Source: a virus
Taxonomy: Duplodnaviria > Caudoviricetes
Virus record (IMG/VR): IMGVR_UViG_3300036820_000020
Location: 1 to 59,104 of that record
Strand: one strand, 5' to 3'
DNA length: 59,104 nucleotides
Below are positions 18,672 to 29,630 of this stretch, piece after piece. A program made the position numbers and the translations under genes. The notes below the pieces were generated by a model. The model was not told where the DNA came from and did not search any database. It saw nothing but the letters and a program-made list of their open reading frames with translations. Position 1 is the stretch's first letter. Each line of letters begins with the position of its first letter.

Positions 18672-21113
18672 TCAGATCCTTGCCGCTACCTGGCTTTGGT
18701 CACCAATCAATCTTGCGATCTGCCAGGGACCGCTTGACCCCCACTGCTTCACTCTTACCTCTATGTCTTCCACGTAGACTTGCAGATCTGGATTTCCTAC
18801 GGCTGACAGCGTAGCCAGTTTGCCTTTCAACGGATTCACAGGGAAGTACAGTTTATTCTCAACACCCGCGGCTGTGGCGGGCAAGTCGAAACTGAAAGTC
18901 TCGCCGGTGTCCATCAGGATCGTGAAAGTCCCCGCGCCCGCGTAGGCAAATATAGCGTCTCTAATATGAAAGAACCCTTGTATTCCGAAGCTTGTAGGCC
19001 TGGCTACCCAATACTGAACGTTCTCGGGAACCGGCGTGAAAACCCAGTCGCCGTCATCCCAAAGCACCCAGTCCGCGGGGGCGATATCGACCGGTACCAT
19101 TCTGACATAATGGGCCAGGAAAGGCGGCCAGGAATACGGCTTAATCTGTTCGCCGGGGTGAGTGACAATGATCGACGGCCCTGTCTGGCCGCCGTCGTAT
19201 TGAATCAAGATGTTTCTAGATCCTTGAAAAGTATTGGCGTGAATCCGCCGCCCCTGCATCCACTTCAGGCCTTTGTAACCGCAGTCGGTATAATCGGTGA
19301 CTCGGGCTAATGTTACTTCGCGCTTGGGAAGATAGCTTGGAGCCCATTCATACAAAATGACATTGCCGAACCCCACGACTACAATTTGACAAGGGACTTG
19401 CGCGGTGTCTGAGATAGAGTCGGTCACTTCTACTGTATAAGTGAAAGTTCCTGTAGTGGCCGGTGTGCCGGTAATAGCCCCGGTGGAAGGGTTCAGGAAA
19501 AGGCCGGTTGGAAGAGATCCCGCGGAAATCGAGAAAGTATACGGCTCGACGCCTCCCGCCGCCATCACCGCTGAATTGTAAGCCTGTCCTATGACTCCAC
19601 CGGGCGGATTGCCGCAGTTGATCGTCAGGGTCTCTACCGTGGATATAGTAATCGAGCAATCTACCGTCGCGGTGTCCGACATCGAGTCAGTTACTTCGAC
19701 GGTGAAATCGTAGGTATCGGCGGTAGTAGGCGTGCCGCTGGCGATACCTGTCGAATCGTCTAATGTCACACCAGTCGGAAGAGATCCCGCGGAAATCGAG
19801 AAAGTATAAGGCGAGACACCGGCTAACGCCAGGAAGGTATGAGTGTAAAATATTCCGACGTAACCTCCCGGCGGATTATTACAAGATACCGATAAATCCG
19901 ATACGAAGCTTTCATCACCTATAACATAGAAAGGATATGTCTCTGTTTGGAGTAAATTATTGCATTCGATTCTGACTCTCGAATATTCGCTGACCGCGCC
20001 AATCGACTGGTATGGATAGTTCGCGGAAGTATTCAGAATCCGGAGTTCGTCTATCGTCCCTTCAAACCACGTGCTGGCCTGGGGAATATTTGGATAGAAG
20101 TTATTCAGGACAGTATAGCTGTTGCTGGCGATAACAAAGTCGTCGATGGACGGTCCGGCATAATTCGGACCTAAGCCTGTCGTCTCTGGCCCCCACGGCA
20201 CGCCGTTCTGCTGCATGCCTTCGCCCACGATCAGACTACGGGTAGGGTCGAATAACATGAAATAGGCGCTTACGCCATTGTTTAACATGTTGAATGAGCT
20301 GCCATAGCTCGTCCCCGCGCCGCTCAAGCCTGGATACGCGATTCCGCTGCCGTTTCCGTTGCCGTTCGCCCATTGATAAAAACAGAAGCCGCCGTCGCCG
20401 TCGCTGCCTTCGTTGCCAAAAATCAGACGGTTGTCGGTGAGGTTGTTGTCGGTATTGCTACCAACAGAGACTATGGCGATTGCCACATAGCCCGCGGACC
20501 CGTCGATGTCCTGGAAGCTCGCGCCATTGCCGAAGTTTACAGTCTGGCTAAACTGGACGGCGAGCGCGCCGCCGACACCGGAGCCTGTCGTGTTGCTGGT
20601 ATTGTCGGATAGCAGTCCGGTTGTATTCGTGCAACCATCGTTACTACCGTCGTTTCCATTGACAGTGGAATCGGTAAGATCAACCGCCGTGCCGTCGCCA
20701 AAATGATAGACGGCTGCGTAATCAGAACTCCAGGTTCCGGCTGTATTACTCAGATCCGGCGCGCCGGATTCCCCGTACCAGATATAACAGACGGTATCCT
20801 GGCTGTCGTCGGAATCGGTCACGTATAGAATCGGAAGGTTTACGAAGAATTCGACCGCGCCGGTCGTTGGAACGTAAGTGACTCTTTCAAATGGCAGAAT
20901 ATTAGATCCGGCCATGTCGGAAGTGAACCAGATATCGACGCCGGTATCGGAAGTGACGAGTCCGCCGTTGGCTACGGTAGCCAGGTAAGCGTAGACGCCC
21001 ACGAACCGCATCGGGAAATTGGGAATGTTCACAGACCCGTACACAACCGAACGGGCACCCCCAAAGTATCCGATGAGACTACGTTCTACAGTGACGGATC
21101 GTGTATAAGGCAT
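18672..21113 (-). CDS. Tail/receptor-binding protein: DUF2341-like + LamG-like + two Ig (He_PIG-like) repeats + C-terminal tail domain
   Basis: DIWF...LPFER, FEGTIDELRI, and two copies of PYTFSISAGSLPTG.....TG...GTP. Confidence 0.7.
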   Translation of the reverse strand: MPYTRSVTVERSLIGYFGGARSVVYGSVNIPNFPMRFVGVYAYLATVANGGLVTSDTGVDIWFTSDMAGSNILPFERVTYVPTTGAVEFFVNLPILYVTDSDDSQDTVCYIWYGESGAPDLSNTAGTWSSDYAAVYHFGDGTAVDLTDSTVNGNDGSNDGCTNTTGLLSDNTSNTTGSGVGGALAVQFSQTVNFGNGASFQDIDGSAGYVAIAIVSVGSNTDNNLTDNRLIFGNEGSDGDGGFCFYQWANGNGNGSGIAYPGLSGAGTSYGSSFNMLNNGVSAYFMLFDPTRSLIVGEGMQQNGVPWGPETTGLGPNYAGPSIDDFVIASNSYTVLNNFYPNIPQASTWFEGTIDELRILNTSANYPYQSIGAVSEYSRVRIECNNLLQTETYPFYVIGDESFVSDLSVSCNNPPGGYVGIFYTHTFLALAGVSPYTFSISAGSLPTGVTLDDSTGIASGTPTTADTYDFTVEVTDSMSDTATVDCSITISTVETLTINCGNPPGGVIGQAYNSAVMAAGGVEPYTFSISAGSLPTGLFLNPSTGAITGTPATTGTFTYTVEVTDSISDTAQVPCQIVVVGFGNVILYEWAPSYLPKREVTLARVTDYTDCGYKGLKWMQGRRIHANTFQGSRNILIQYDGGQTGPSIIVTHPGEQIKPYSWPPFLAHYVRMVPVDIAPADWVLWDDGDWVFTPVPENVQYWVARPTSFGIQGFFHIRDAIFAYAGAGTFTILMDTGETFSFDLPATAAGVENKLYFPVNPLKGKLATLSAVGNPDLQVYVEDIEVRVKQWGSSGPWQIARLIGDQSQVAARI

Positions 21114-21173
21114 ACAAAAAAAACAGTTTAACTAGGCTAGTTTAACTAATTTAACTAGACTAGTTTAACTAGT

Positions 21174-24100
21174 TTAACTGGATGGTACGGAAGTCCAGGA
21201 GATCACAAGTCCGATATTCCGCTGCCAGGAGGTATCGGCACCGTTTCCACTCGATACAATCGGTACGATCCATTGGCCGCGAGGGACCTGTGGACCGAGA
21301 GTATACGGAGATCCTACCGGCGAAGTCTGAAGGTTCTTGTAGTACGGCTGGACATTCACCGTCCCTTCAAAGTCCAGCATGACATCACCGTACTGTTTTA
21401 ACATCCGCGAGTCTTCCTGGTCGTCGGCGGGCGTAGCCACCAGACAAACGATTCCGCTCACGTCATCGCCGGTGTTGTTAGAGACGTAGTAGAGACCGCC
21501 GTTGTCGCAGCCGAGAAGAGTCAATGGATTCTCGACTCCCTCCTCTTGATATCGAATAGTCACTTGGGGGTTGTAGTAATAAGGCACCCAGGCTTTCGTC
21601 TTCATGTCATAACAGAAAGTGTGATAGGTGCTGGTCGTATCGACGTAATCGAAAAACAACTGATTGTTGACGAATTCCAGTTTCAGATACGCGGATAAAT
21701 TGAAATCGGGAGGATAAAACATCGAGGCCGTCACCGGTTCCAGATAGGAAATGTCCAACGGCTGCCCCGGCTCGCCTTCGTGAGGAAAGAGAGAGTAGAG
21801 ATCGTCGGTTAGGCGTTCAGATTGTCCGGCTGGATTGTAAGCGTAGATACCGCCGTCGGTTGAAACTAAGAAGATGTATGGCGCTTTGACTGTGAATGCC
21901 CAGGACCCGGCCAGGCCATAGGTCAAAGAGAGCTTATAAGAGGCGAACGGATTTGTTCCTCCCTTCGCCGGCTCGATACGATAGACGCCGAGAGTAGTAA
22001 AGGCGTAATCGGCTCCTTCATAATGACCACCGCCTAGCAACGGTTCTGATGGGTTTGTGACCTCGATATACCCGGCGTCAGAAGCCGAGTCAGGATTGCC
22101 TGGTTGGGTGAAATAGAGAAAGCCTGGGTTATAAGGATCGCCACAAGCCATAATGACATCATTGCCTTTGGACTCCCAGGCGAAAGCAAGCGGTTGTCCC
22201 GCGATAGTGGCTTCCGGAATTGAGAAATCGACGCCGCTATAGACGCCGATATTTTGAGCTGTATCGAGTACGGTTGTTGAGCCGGGCGGAGCGTAAAGGC
22301 TGTACGTCTGCTCGTTGATAATGATCTCCACTCCGCGTATCCAGGACTGATTGAAAGTATCTCCGGACACCCAGGTGACTCTGGTTCCTACTACGTCGCA
22401 AGTTCCTAGCCTCGGTTTATCAGTGACCGGGAAAGGGACATACTGCTGCAAGTCTAACGCCTGAGAGCCCTGGGCGAAACCAGTTGTCACGGAGTCAGCG
22501 TATACCGACGTGGCGTTAGCGACGGTCAGGATTTGTTTCCATTTCGGGATTGGGCCGCCGAATCTCTCGATATCGATCAGGTCCACTTGCGAATCCGGAC
22601 TCGCTGTAATCGATACCTGTAACTGCTGTCGGCGCGGCAGTTCTCCATTCCTGGTCTCTGGCGATACATCCGATCTCGCCCCCGTGGCCGAACTGCGGTA
22701 GCGGTACCTGTATTGAATCGGTATGCCTTCGTTGCCGTATGAGTTAAAATTAGCGTCCGGACCGAACCCGCCGCCCACCCACCAGCTTCCCCATTCGACA
22801 TTGGCGTCACCGGTAATAATGAATTGAATACCGATAGCTTTCACTTGAGACAGGTTGACGCTCGCGTCAGTACCGACGCGGACCAGATCTGAGAATTTGA
22901 ATGTCGCTTCGAACCATGTGCCGACACCAGATGGTAACTGTGAACTTCCCTGGGGAGTTCCACCGGTTGGATTGGCGATAGGGGCGACCGGGTAAGGAGA
23001 TTGTCCGACTGTCTGTTGTTCCGCCTGCGCCTCGAACGAATCGGCGATATCGGCGGTAATGCCTTGTAAAAGCGTCGGGATCGTAGACCCGGCGCCGGTT
23101 ACAATAGGCGTAAAGTCACCTTGCCTGGATATGTAGTAATAATAATTCTGAGTGAAGTCGTTCTCGCTCGCGTCCACGTCCAGGAGGAAATGGACTTCCA
23201 CGATATTGCCGGGCGTATCCGTCCAGAAAGATATATGCATGTAATCTTCAGAGATCAGAGATACGCCGGTTGTACCGGAGGCCGTCAGAGTCAAATCTGT
23301 TGACAGGCTGCCGAGAGAGACGAGACCGACACCGGACGAATAGGTAAGCGCGGACGTGTTAACTGATCCCGCGACCGCCGCGCCGCCTGTATGATTCGAT
23401 GTGAAATACGCTCTGAACCCAGGCAGGAACGTAATAGTATCGCTCGCGGATATCGTGGACGCGCTCGAACATCTAAAAGAATACGTGCCGTCCGGACCCA
23501 CAGTAACAGAGAGAACTCTGACGTACTGCGTTCCAATGTAAAGCATCTGGTTTCGGATGAGTCCCTGCTGCGGCTGGGTGACGGCGACAGTACAAAGTCC
23601 GGTAGAACCGGAATCATAGACAACCGCGGAGGCGGCCGTGCCGGCGGTTACCTGGTAGACCTGTTCGACCGTGGTCTTTTCGGTGCCTACTTCAATTCTC
23701 ATACCCAGGCCAAGCCAGCCATACCCGACAGACGAGCCTTGCAAGGCTACACAACACCAGCCGGTAGTCCCAGTGTCATAAACGGTCGCCAGCGTCGTGA
23801 TTCCCGAGGGAACACGGTCAGCCGTTGATGGCGCCCCGGCATCGCCAGCCGAAGACCATGACCCTGACGCATTTGAGTCCTGGAGGATCGTATAGCCAGG
23901 TTCGCTGAGAGCTGTTGTAGGCGCTACACCAGGTACCGCGATTCCGATATTGGCGTGAGTGATAGACGCGCCTGATACATCCGCTTTGTATTTCTGAGTT
24001 TTGTTGGAATCAAAGAGGTACAGCCAAGGCTCTGGAGACTGCGGAGGACGGTAGGGAACCATTGAAAGAGGGTTGCCGGAATAATTGGAATCGATCTGGT

Positions 24101-24407
24101 TGAAAGAAGTCTGGCCGGCGTACAGATAGCCTTGGGAGCCGAGGAACCGGCAGTAGGAATTGACGGCTCCTGGTACGTTGTCGTTCAAGCGGATAATCGA
24201 ATGAAATGGCTGGCCCGCGTTTATGTTTGACTGGATCAGATCCATTCCCGGACGGACTTGCAGGGTCGCGTCCTGAATGTTCGGAGAGACGTTGAGAAGG
24301 AAAGGCGCGCGGTTCGGCGGCTGTAGATCGGGTGGATGATGAAAGTCCACGCCGTGATAGGCGAACTTGCCTTTCTTCGGAGATCGTTGGAATTCAGCGT
24401 TTGCCAC
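21174..24407 (-). CDS. Tail nozzle/stabilisation protein (P22 gp10/T7 gp12-like)
   Basis: 1077-aa beta-rich ORF with LYFTQPGNPDS; follows the adaptor genes. Confidence 0.6.
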   Translation of the reverse strand: MANAEFQRSPKKGKFAYHGVDFHHPPDLQPPNRAPFLLNVSPNIQDATLQVRPGMDLIQSNINAGQPFHSIIRLNDNVPGAVNSYCRFLGSQGYLYAGQTSFNQIDSNYSGNPLSMVPYRPPQSPEPWLYLFDSNKTQKYKADVSGASITHANIGIAVPGVAPTTALSEPGYTILQDSNASGSWSSAGDAGAPSTADRVPSGITTLATVYDTGTTGWCCVALQGSSVGYGWLGLGMRIEVGTEKTTVEQVYQVTAGTAASAVVYDSGSTGLCTVAVTQPQQGLIRNQMLYIGTQYVRVLSVTVGPDGTYSFRCSSASTISASDTITFLPGFRAYFTSNHTGGAAVAGSVNTSALTYSSGVGLVSLGSLSTDLTLTASGTTGVSLISEDYMHISFWTDTPGNIVEVHFLLDVDASENDFTQNYYYYISRQGDFTPIVTGAGSTIPTLLQGITADIADSFEAQAEQQTVGQSPYPVAPIANPTGGTPQGSSQLPSGVGTWFEATFKFSDLVRVGTDASVNLSQVKAIGIQFIITGDANVEWGSWWVGGGFGPDANFNSYGNEGIPIQYRYRYRSSATGARSDVSPETRNGELPRRQQLQVSITASPDSQVDLIDIERFGGPIPKWKQILTVANATSVYADSVTTGFAQGSQALDLQQYVPFPVTDKPRLGTCDVVGTRVTWVSGDTFNQSWIRGVEIIINEQTYSLYAPPGSTTVLDTAQNIGVYSGVDFSIPEATIAGQPLAFAWESKGNDVIMACGDPYNPGFLYFTQPGNPDSASDAGYIEVTNPSEPLLGGGHYEGADYAFTTLGVYRIEPAKGGTNPFASYKLSLTYGLAGSWAFTVKAPYIFLVSTDGGIYAYNPAGQSERLTDDLYSLFPHEGEPGQPLDISYLEPVTASMFYPPDFNLSAYLKLEFVNNQLFFDYVDTTSTYHTFCYDMKTKAWVPYYYNPQVTIRYQEEGVENPLTLLGCDNGGLYYVSNNTGDDVSGIVCLVATPADDQEDSRMLKQYGDVMLDFEGTVNVQPYYKNLQTSPVGSPYTLGPQVPRGQWIVPIVSSGNGADTSWQRNIGLVISWTSVPSS
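23916..23928. promoter_or_regulatory. Palindromic site 3 TGTAG-GCG-CTACA
   Basis: Inside the nozzle gene. Confidence 0.65.
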
Positions 24408-25765
24408 TACTGTCTTACCCGTCCTGTCTTCTCATCGCTTGTAAACATCCGCGGCACATCCGCTTCACTCTTACCTTGAAACATCTGCATCTGGCCGCGA
24501 TAGAATGACACCGCGTCCAGTCTCCCGTTCTGGCTCCTGGCCGATGACACCAGGTTCTCAAACATCGGCACGGTCGATTCGAACTCCGCTCCTCCCATTT
24601 TGAAACTGGCGGCATGCTGGCTATAGTCTAGTATCGGATCGATCTGGTCCCGGCTCACCTGGAGATACGGGCTGTTCGCGGGCGTAGACGCGCTTACACT
24701 TGTCCAGAGCTGGATATTGTAAGGACCGTTGTTGTCGGGCGTCTGGCCTATGCAGGCCAGGTTCCTCCCGCACATCCCGATGAATCCTGGAGCGCCTGTA
24801 GTCTGCTGCCAATCCGGTTGATAGGAGTCCAAGTCATCGACAGAGCCGATTCCACACGTTACTCCATTGATCGCGGCAGTCAGAACGGACGGATAGAACT
24901 TCGCTATTTGAACGAACTCCTGATACCGCTGTTCGGCGTACTTCGCTCTTCCTAAATCCCTTGCCTGTCCGTCCGCGTTCAACAGATCGGCTATGACCCC
25001 CCATTTCAAAGCTGGCGAGAGATCGTCGGGAATCCCTAAGACCACCGGGGCCGTTATATTCAGGTGGACTGACGGACCAGCGTTTACTACCAGCAGATCG
25101 GCAGCACCGGCCAGGGACGGCGGCGGGATAATTCTGAGCGACGATACGGCATCGGCAAAAAGACTGTAGTTGGACGGGATAGGCTGCGCGGCGGCTCCTG
25201 GCGCGTACGCTTGTTCCGCCCATTCGTCAGCTCGGCCGAGAGCGTATTCGGTAGCTGGCGGCCCAGCCGCGGATACCCAGGCGGCACGTCTCACATCCAT
25301 GACAGAACCAGGGAGGGAGATCGTCTCGGTAGGAACAGTATCCGCTATCGTCATCTGAGTGACCGCGCATCCGGTCTCACCGATGAAACGGTTCAGACGG
25401 TTTTGTAGCGCGGCCCGGACCTGCTCGATAAAGAACTGGCCGGTACCTGTCCAGGATGACAATGGGTAGACGAGGGGAGGTTCGAGGAGCGCGGCCAAAA
25501 CGTTATTAACTATTTCGATATCTGTCGCGGTATAAGCGAGGGGGGAGGACGGGAGACCGGTCAGGTCGTAGTAGTTGAGATTTGTGGTGGTGTTAAAAGT
25601 GATCTGCTGCTTGTAAGACCCTGTGGCCGCCTGGAATATCCTGACTGATTCAATAATGCAATTCAGGAGTTCGTCCGGCTGATTCCAGTAGACAAACCCC
25701 GTGTCTTGCAGGCGATTAGACAGAATTGTAACGGCTTGCGCGAACGTAAGGTACGCATAGGCCAT
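24407..25765 (-). CDS. Head-tail adaptor-like virion protein
   Basis: N-terminal TFAQ..T.LSNRLQD...W...EL..I.E pattern typical of adaptors. Confidence 0.55.
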   Translation of the reverse strand: MAYAYLTFAQAVTILSNRLQDTGFVYWNQPDELLNCIIESVRIFQAATGSYKQQITFNTTTNLNYYDLTGLPSSPLAYTATDIEIVNNVLAALLEPPLVYPLSSWTGTGQFFIEQVRAALQNRLNRFIGETGCAVTQMTIADTVPTETISLPGSVMDVRRAAWVSAAGPPATEYALGRADEWAEQAYAPGAAAQPIPSNYSLFADAVSSLRIIPPPSLAGAADLLVVNAGPSVHLNITAPVVLGIPDDLSPALKWGVIADLLNADGQARDLGRAKYAEQRYQEFVQIAKFYPSVLTAAINGVTCGIGSVDDLDSYQPDWQQTTGAPGFIGMCGRNLACIGQTPDNNGPYNIQLWTSVSASTPANSPYLQVSRDQIDPILDYSQHAASFKMGGAEFESTVPMFENLVSSARSQNGRLDAVSFYRGQMQMFQGKSEADVPRMFTSDEKTGRVRQ

Positions 25766-25775
25766 TGCCTTCCCG

Positions 25776-25973
25776 TCAGAACGGCTTAACTACCTTGCCG
25801 CCAGTCTGCGCGCTTCTGACTCTGGCCGCTCCGGTCGCACAGTCTTCACAGATTGTATTCGGATTGATCTTAGGTTTGAGCGTCCCTTTCTTGATCAAAC
25901 CTTGAGACGCTGTTCCCATCGGGGATCGAAGGGTACCGACGCGGCCACCGGGACCGCCTGGAGTGATCTTCAT
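25776..25973 (-). CDS. Small basic protein (paralog of 25986-26174)
   Basis: GGAG RBS; PGG.GG..G..RSPM....GL.KKG..KP motif. Confidence 0.65.
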   Translation of the reverse strand: MKITPGGPGGRVGTLRSPMGTASQGLIKKGTLKPKINPNTICEDCATGAARVRSAQTGGKVVKPF

Positions 25974-25985
25974 CGTTTTGTCTCC

Positions 25986-26174
25986 TTATACGTTGTCTCT
26001 TGAGTCCTGCGGGGACCTGATATTCGTCGGTCCGCCCGCCGCGCTCTTCCGGCTCGCCCCTTTGATGAGTGGTTTGACTGGCCCTTTAGCAACCAGGCCG
26101 TGTCCGGGACTCGCCATCGGACTGCGGACGCCTCCGATCATACCGGCGCCGCCGGGTTTTGAGATTCGCGGCAT
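25986..26174 (-). CDS. Small basic protein (paralog of 25776-25973)
   Basis: GAGG RBS; PGG.G..GG.RSPM....GL..KG..KP motif. Confidence 0.65.
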   Translation of the reverse strand: MPRISKPGGAGMIGGVRSPMASPGHGLVAKGPVKPLIKGASRKSAAGGPTNIRSPQDSRDNV

Positions 26175-26360
26175 TCAAAAACCTCTTTCAACTTTCCAAA
26201 ATCGCGCGCCGGATATACCAGTGGACGTAGATGGACGTAGATGGACGTGGATGTGCTGGCGGTACCCAGCGCGCAGTCTCCGACACAAGAAACACTAACA
26301 ACAACATCATACATCAAATCGACTAGCGAATCGACTAGCGAATCGATATCAGAATCGATA

Positions 26361-27485
26361 TCACATCGGCGGCAGAATGGAAGAAATATCGTGCGATTGC
26401 AGGAACTCACCGCCTAAAGGAAAACTGAATCCGCCGTTGTAAACGAACGGTTTTGGACTCGGCATGATCTCATCATCTTCTTTGACACACTGTCTAAACG
26501 ACTGTTTGAACTCCTCTTCCATCATCTGGATGTAAGCGACCCAGTTGACCTGTCCGAGTTCCTTAGGATATCGTCCGACATTCGCTAGCGCCCATTGGCC
26601 GGCGAACTTCTTGGCTCTGAAAATCACCGCGTCGTCTAAGGCGTAAGAGACGGCTGGCAACCCTGTCGTCATTGTCAGCAACGGGCCTTTCGTGACGTAA
26701 TTGCAGGAAAGGGTATCTGGTCCCAATGGTCCAAGAGCCAAGTCTTCATAGGAAGACGATGGGACAGGGTTCGGATACATTTCATAGACTGGCTGGCCGT
26801 TCGTGTTCTTGCCCCAATACGCCATGATGTAAGCCTGGCCTTGACCACCTCTCTGCGGGTCGATGCGATTCAGTTCCTCTTGTGAAAAGTAGAGCTGGCG
26901 GCCAGCGATTGTATAACCGTTCTCCACGTCAGTCACAGATAGAAACCTGGAGAACTGTATGTCCGTTGTCCCCAATGGAGCAACTGGCAGAAACGGCGCG
27001 GCGTAATAGCACTTCAGGATCTGGTACGCCATTAGGGACGCGGTGTTCTGGCCATACGGCTGGTCGATTGTGATGATACCGGTACCCGTGTCGTAATTAA
27101 CAATGGAATAGTTCGGACCGGTAGGGGCGGCCAGGCCGATATTCGCCGTGCCTAGCCTGATCTGCATTCCGATTCCAAAGACCGGAGAGAAGAGGGGCGG
27201 CGTCAGACCGCTCGAAACATAAGAGTTGATCGCGGCTTGCGCGCTCGCGTCCATCTGGACAGTGGTTGATTGGTAGGTGGCGGCGGCGGTTCCCTGAGTG
27301 ATCACAGCCGGGATAAACAACTGGGCATTGGAGACAATCTGCCAGGACCACATCCGGTAGTCATTGACGTATTTCCAGGCGCGGTTCACAAGCCGCATTG
27401 CTTGCAAGTCGGGAAGCGGCGAGATCTCACCTGTCAGTTCTTTGTAGAGCTGTTGAAAGGTGAGAAGTGGATATGGATTTGCCAT
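26361..27485 (-). CDS. Head-tail adaptor/tail tubular A-like protein
   Basis: TFQQL......VNRAW.......WSW and YEMYPNP motifs typical of adaptors. Confidence 0.55.
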   Translation of the reverse strand: MANPYPLLTFQQLYKELTGEISPLPDLQAMRLVNRAWKYVNDYRMWSWQIVSNAQLFIPAVITQGTAAATYQSTTVQMDASAQAAINSYVSSGLTPPLFSPVFGIGMQIRLGTANIGLAAPTGPNYSIVNYDTGTGIITIDQPYGQNTASLMAYQILKCYYAAPFLPVAPLGTTDIQFSRFLSVTDVENGYTIAGRQLYFSQEELNRIDPQRGGQGQAYIMAYWGKNTNGQPVYEMYPNPVPSSSYEDLALGPLGPDTLSCNYVTKGPLLTMTTGLPAVSYALDDAVIFRAKKFAGQWALANVGRYPKELGQVNWVAYIQMMEEEFKQSFRQCVKEDDEIMPSPKPFVYNGGFSFPLGGEFLQSHDISSILPPM

Positions 27486-27519
27486 TCCTATTCGTCTATT
27501 TGTCTATTTGTCTATTCGT

Positions 27520-27941
<422 letters not shown>

Positions 27942-27945
<4 letters not shown>

Positions 27946-29279
27946 TCATCTATAACAAAAATCACCGTGCCGCCGCTTGTACCTTGATGTTGAACGGCTC
28001 CGCCATCCAGATATCCTACAGTATTTCCACCTGGGAATGTGCCGGGGACGCCGGCCCCTTGTACTAGCGCGCCGCCGCCCGCTGTCGAATTGAGAGCGAA
28101 GTTTGCCGATGACGAATTAACAAACGGATTCGCGGACAGACTGACAATCGACGGTATCTGTTGCGCGCTCCCTGTCAAATTACCGCTGGTGTTACCACCC
28201 GCAAAACAGGAATACAGGTAATTCGACACGTTTGCCGATGTATTGAACCCGTATCCACTGTTGCCGTAGGACAGGCAATTATGACAGGCGGACGACAGGT
28301 TTCCCGTGACTACGGAAACCAGTTTAAATCCATCGCTCGAATTACCAAACGCCGTGCAGTTGATGAAAGCCGCGTTACTGGCGCCGGTGCTATCTTGAAA
28401 GCCGATAGTGTTGTTGTACGATATGCAATCGACTAGATAAGAACTGGAAGACGAGACGCCGAACCCCGTGACATTATTGTCGTGACTTATACATCGCAAT
28501 ACAAATATAGCCTCGATAGCCGGAGAAACAGTCGTGCAACTGGCAATCGCGCATTCGATAGCGGAGCCGCTGGCAATCGCGACATTCGTGAAATTCTCGA
28601 AAAGACACTTGTAAACCGTCGCGGATGAACTGACGAATCCACGGCTGGTGGTCAGATTCGCGCCGCTCAACGCCAGATTCACGAATCTCCCGCCCGCGCC
28701 GCTAGCCAGCATTGTGAACGCGCTGATACCAGACGCCGTAAAAACCGGTTGGTTGCCGTAGTCGCCGCGCGCCGTCTGGTAGCCGATCATCGTGCTTTGA
28801 GACGTGTCGGCGGTGTTGGCCGGCATTGAAATACAGCCGCCCGAGATATTCACGGTAGCTGACGTAATCGAATACGAGGCGTACTGTACGTTGACTACGT
28901 TCCCTCCTACCATGACGTTAGAAGCGTAGCCTGGACTGGCCAGCGCGCCGCCTACGACGCCGCTGGTAGCCGTGAAAGTCCCGAGCGCGCGGTCAACCGT
29001 TACTACGGATGTGCTCGTATAACCGACGATACAGTAAAGTCCCTGGCCGGCGATGTTGATGACGTTGCCGAGCATCGTGTTTAGAAAGCTGCTACTCGAA
29101 TTGGTCAGTGATGTAGTGCCTACGGCGGAAAGGGAAGAGGAAAATGAAACAGTTCCCTGATGGGTACCGTACGTCATATCGACGCCGGTAGCGCCTTTAT
29201 TGGAAGTATCGAATCCGCCGCCGTTCGAATCGCTCCCGGTGGCTTCTACTTCCCAGGCTGTAGCCGCGGTTAATGCCAT
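27942..29279 (-). CDS. Right-handed beta-helix (tailspike/pectate lyase-like) protein
   Basis: Repeated C.S..N..GF units (NCTAFGNSSDGF, NCLSYGNSGYGF); C-terminal GYLDGGAVQ. Confidence 0.7.
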
Positions 29280-29297
29280 AGTCGTCTATAGCTTCGT

Positions 29298-29630
29298 CTA
29301 TAACTGCGTACCGCTCGCGAGATATCCGAGTGTCTCCATAGCTTGAAGAAAAATCGTCATCGTGGAGGCGTTTGAATAGACATTCGCGCCGGTATCGATC
29401 ACCGCGCCATTGATCTGGCGGATGATCGTGGTTGTCGCCGACGCGGACACTTCGGATTCGATAGCCACGTTCCATCCCTGGACGAACGTTAGAATTAGAG
29501 GCATTTGGACAATGACGATATTTTGAAAGATAGCCTGAACCTGTTGATACGCGGCCAATGCTGGAACGTAGCTTGTGAGAAGAAAAGGCTCGGCTACGGA
29601 AGTAACCGATACGCCCGGTGTAGCCGGCAT
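29298..29630 (-). CDS. Hypothetical virion-module protein
   Basis: GAGGAGG RBS; abuts both neighbours. Confidence 0.6.
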   Translation of the reverse strand: MPATPGVSVTSVAEPFLLTSYVPALAAYQQVQAIFQNIVIVQMPLILTFVQGWNVAIESEVSASATTTIIRQINGAVIDTGANVYSNASTMTIFLQAMETLGYLASGTQL

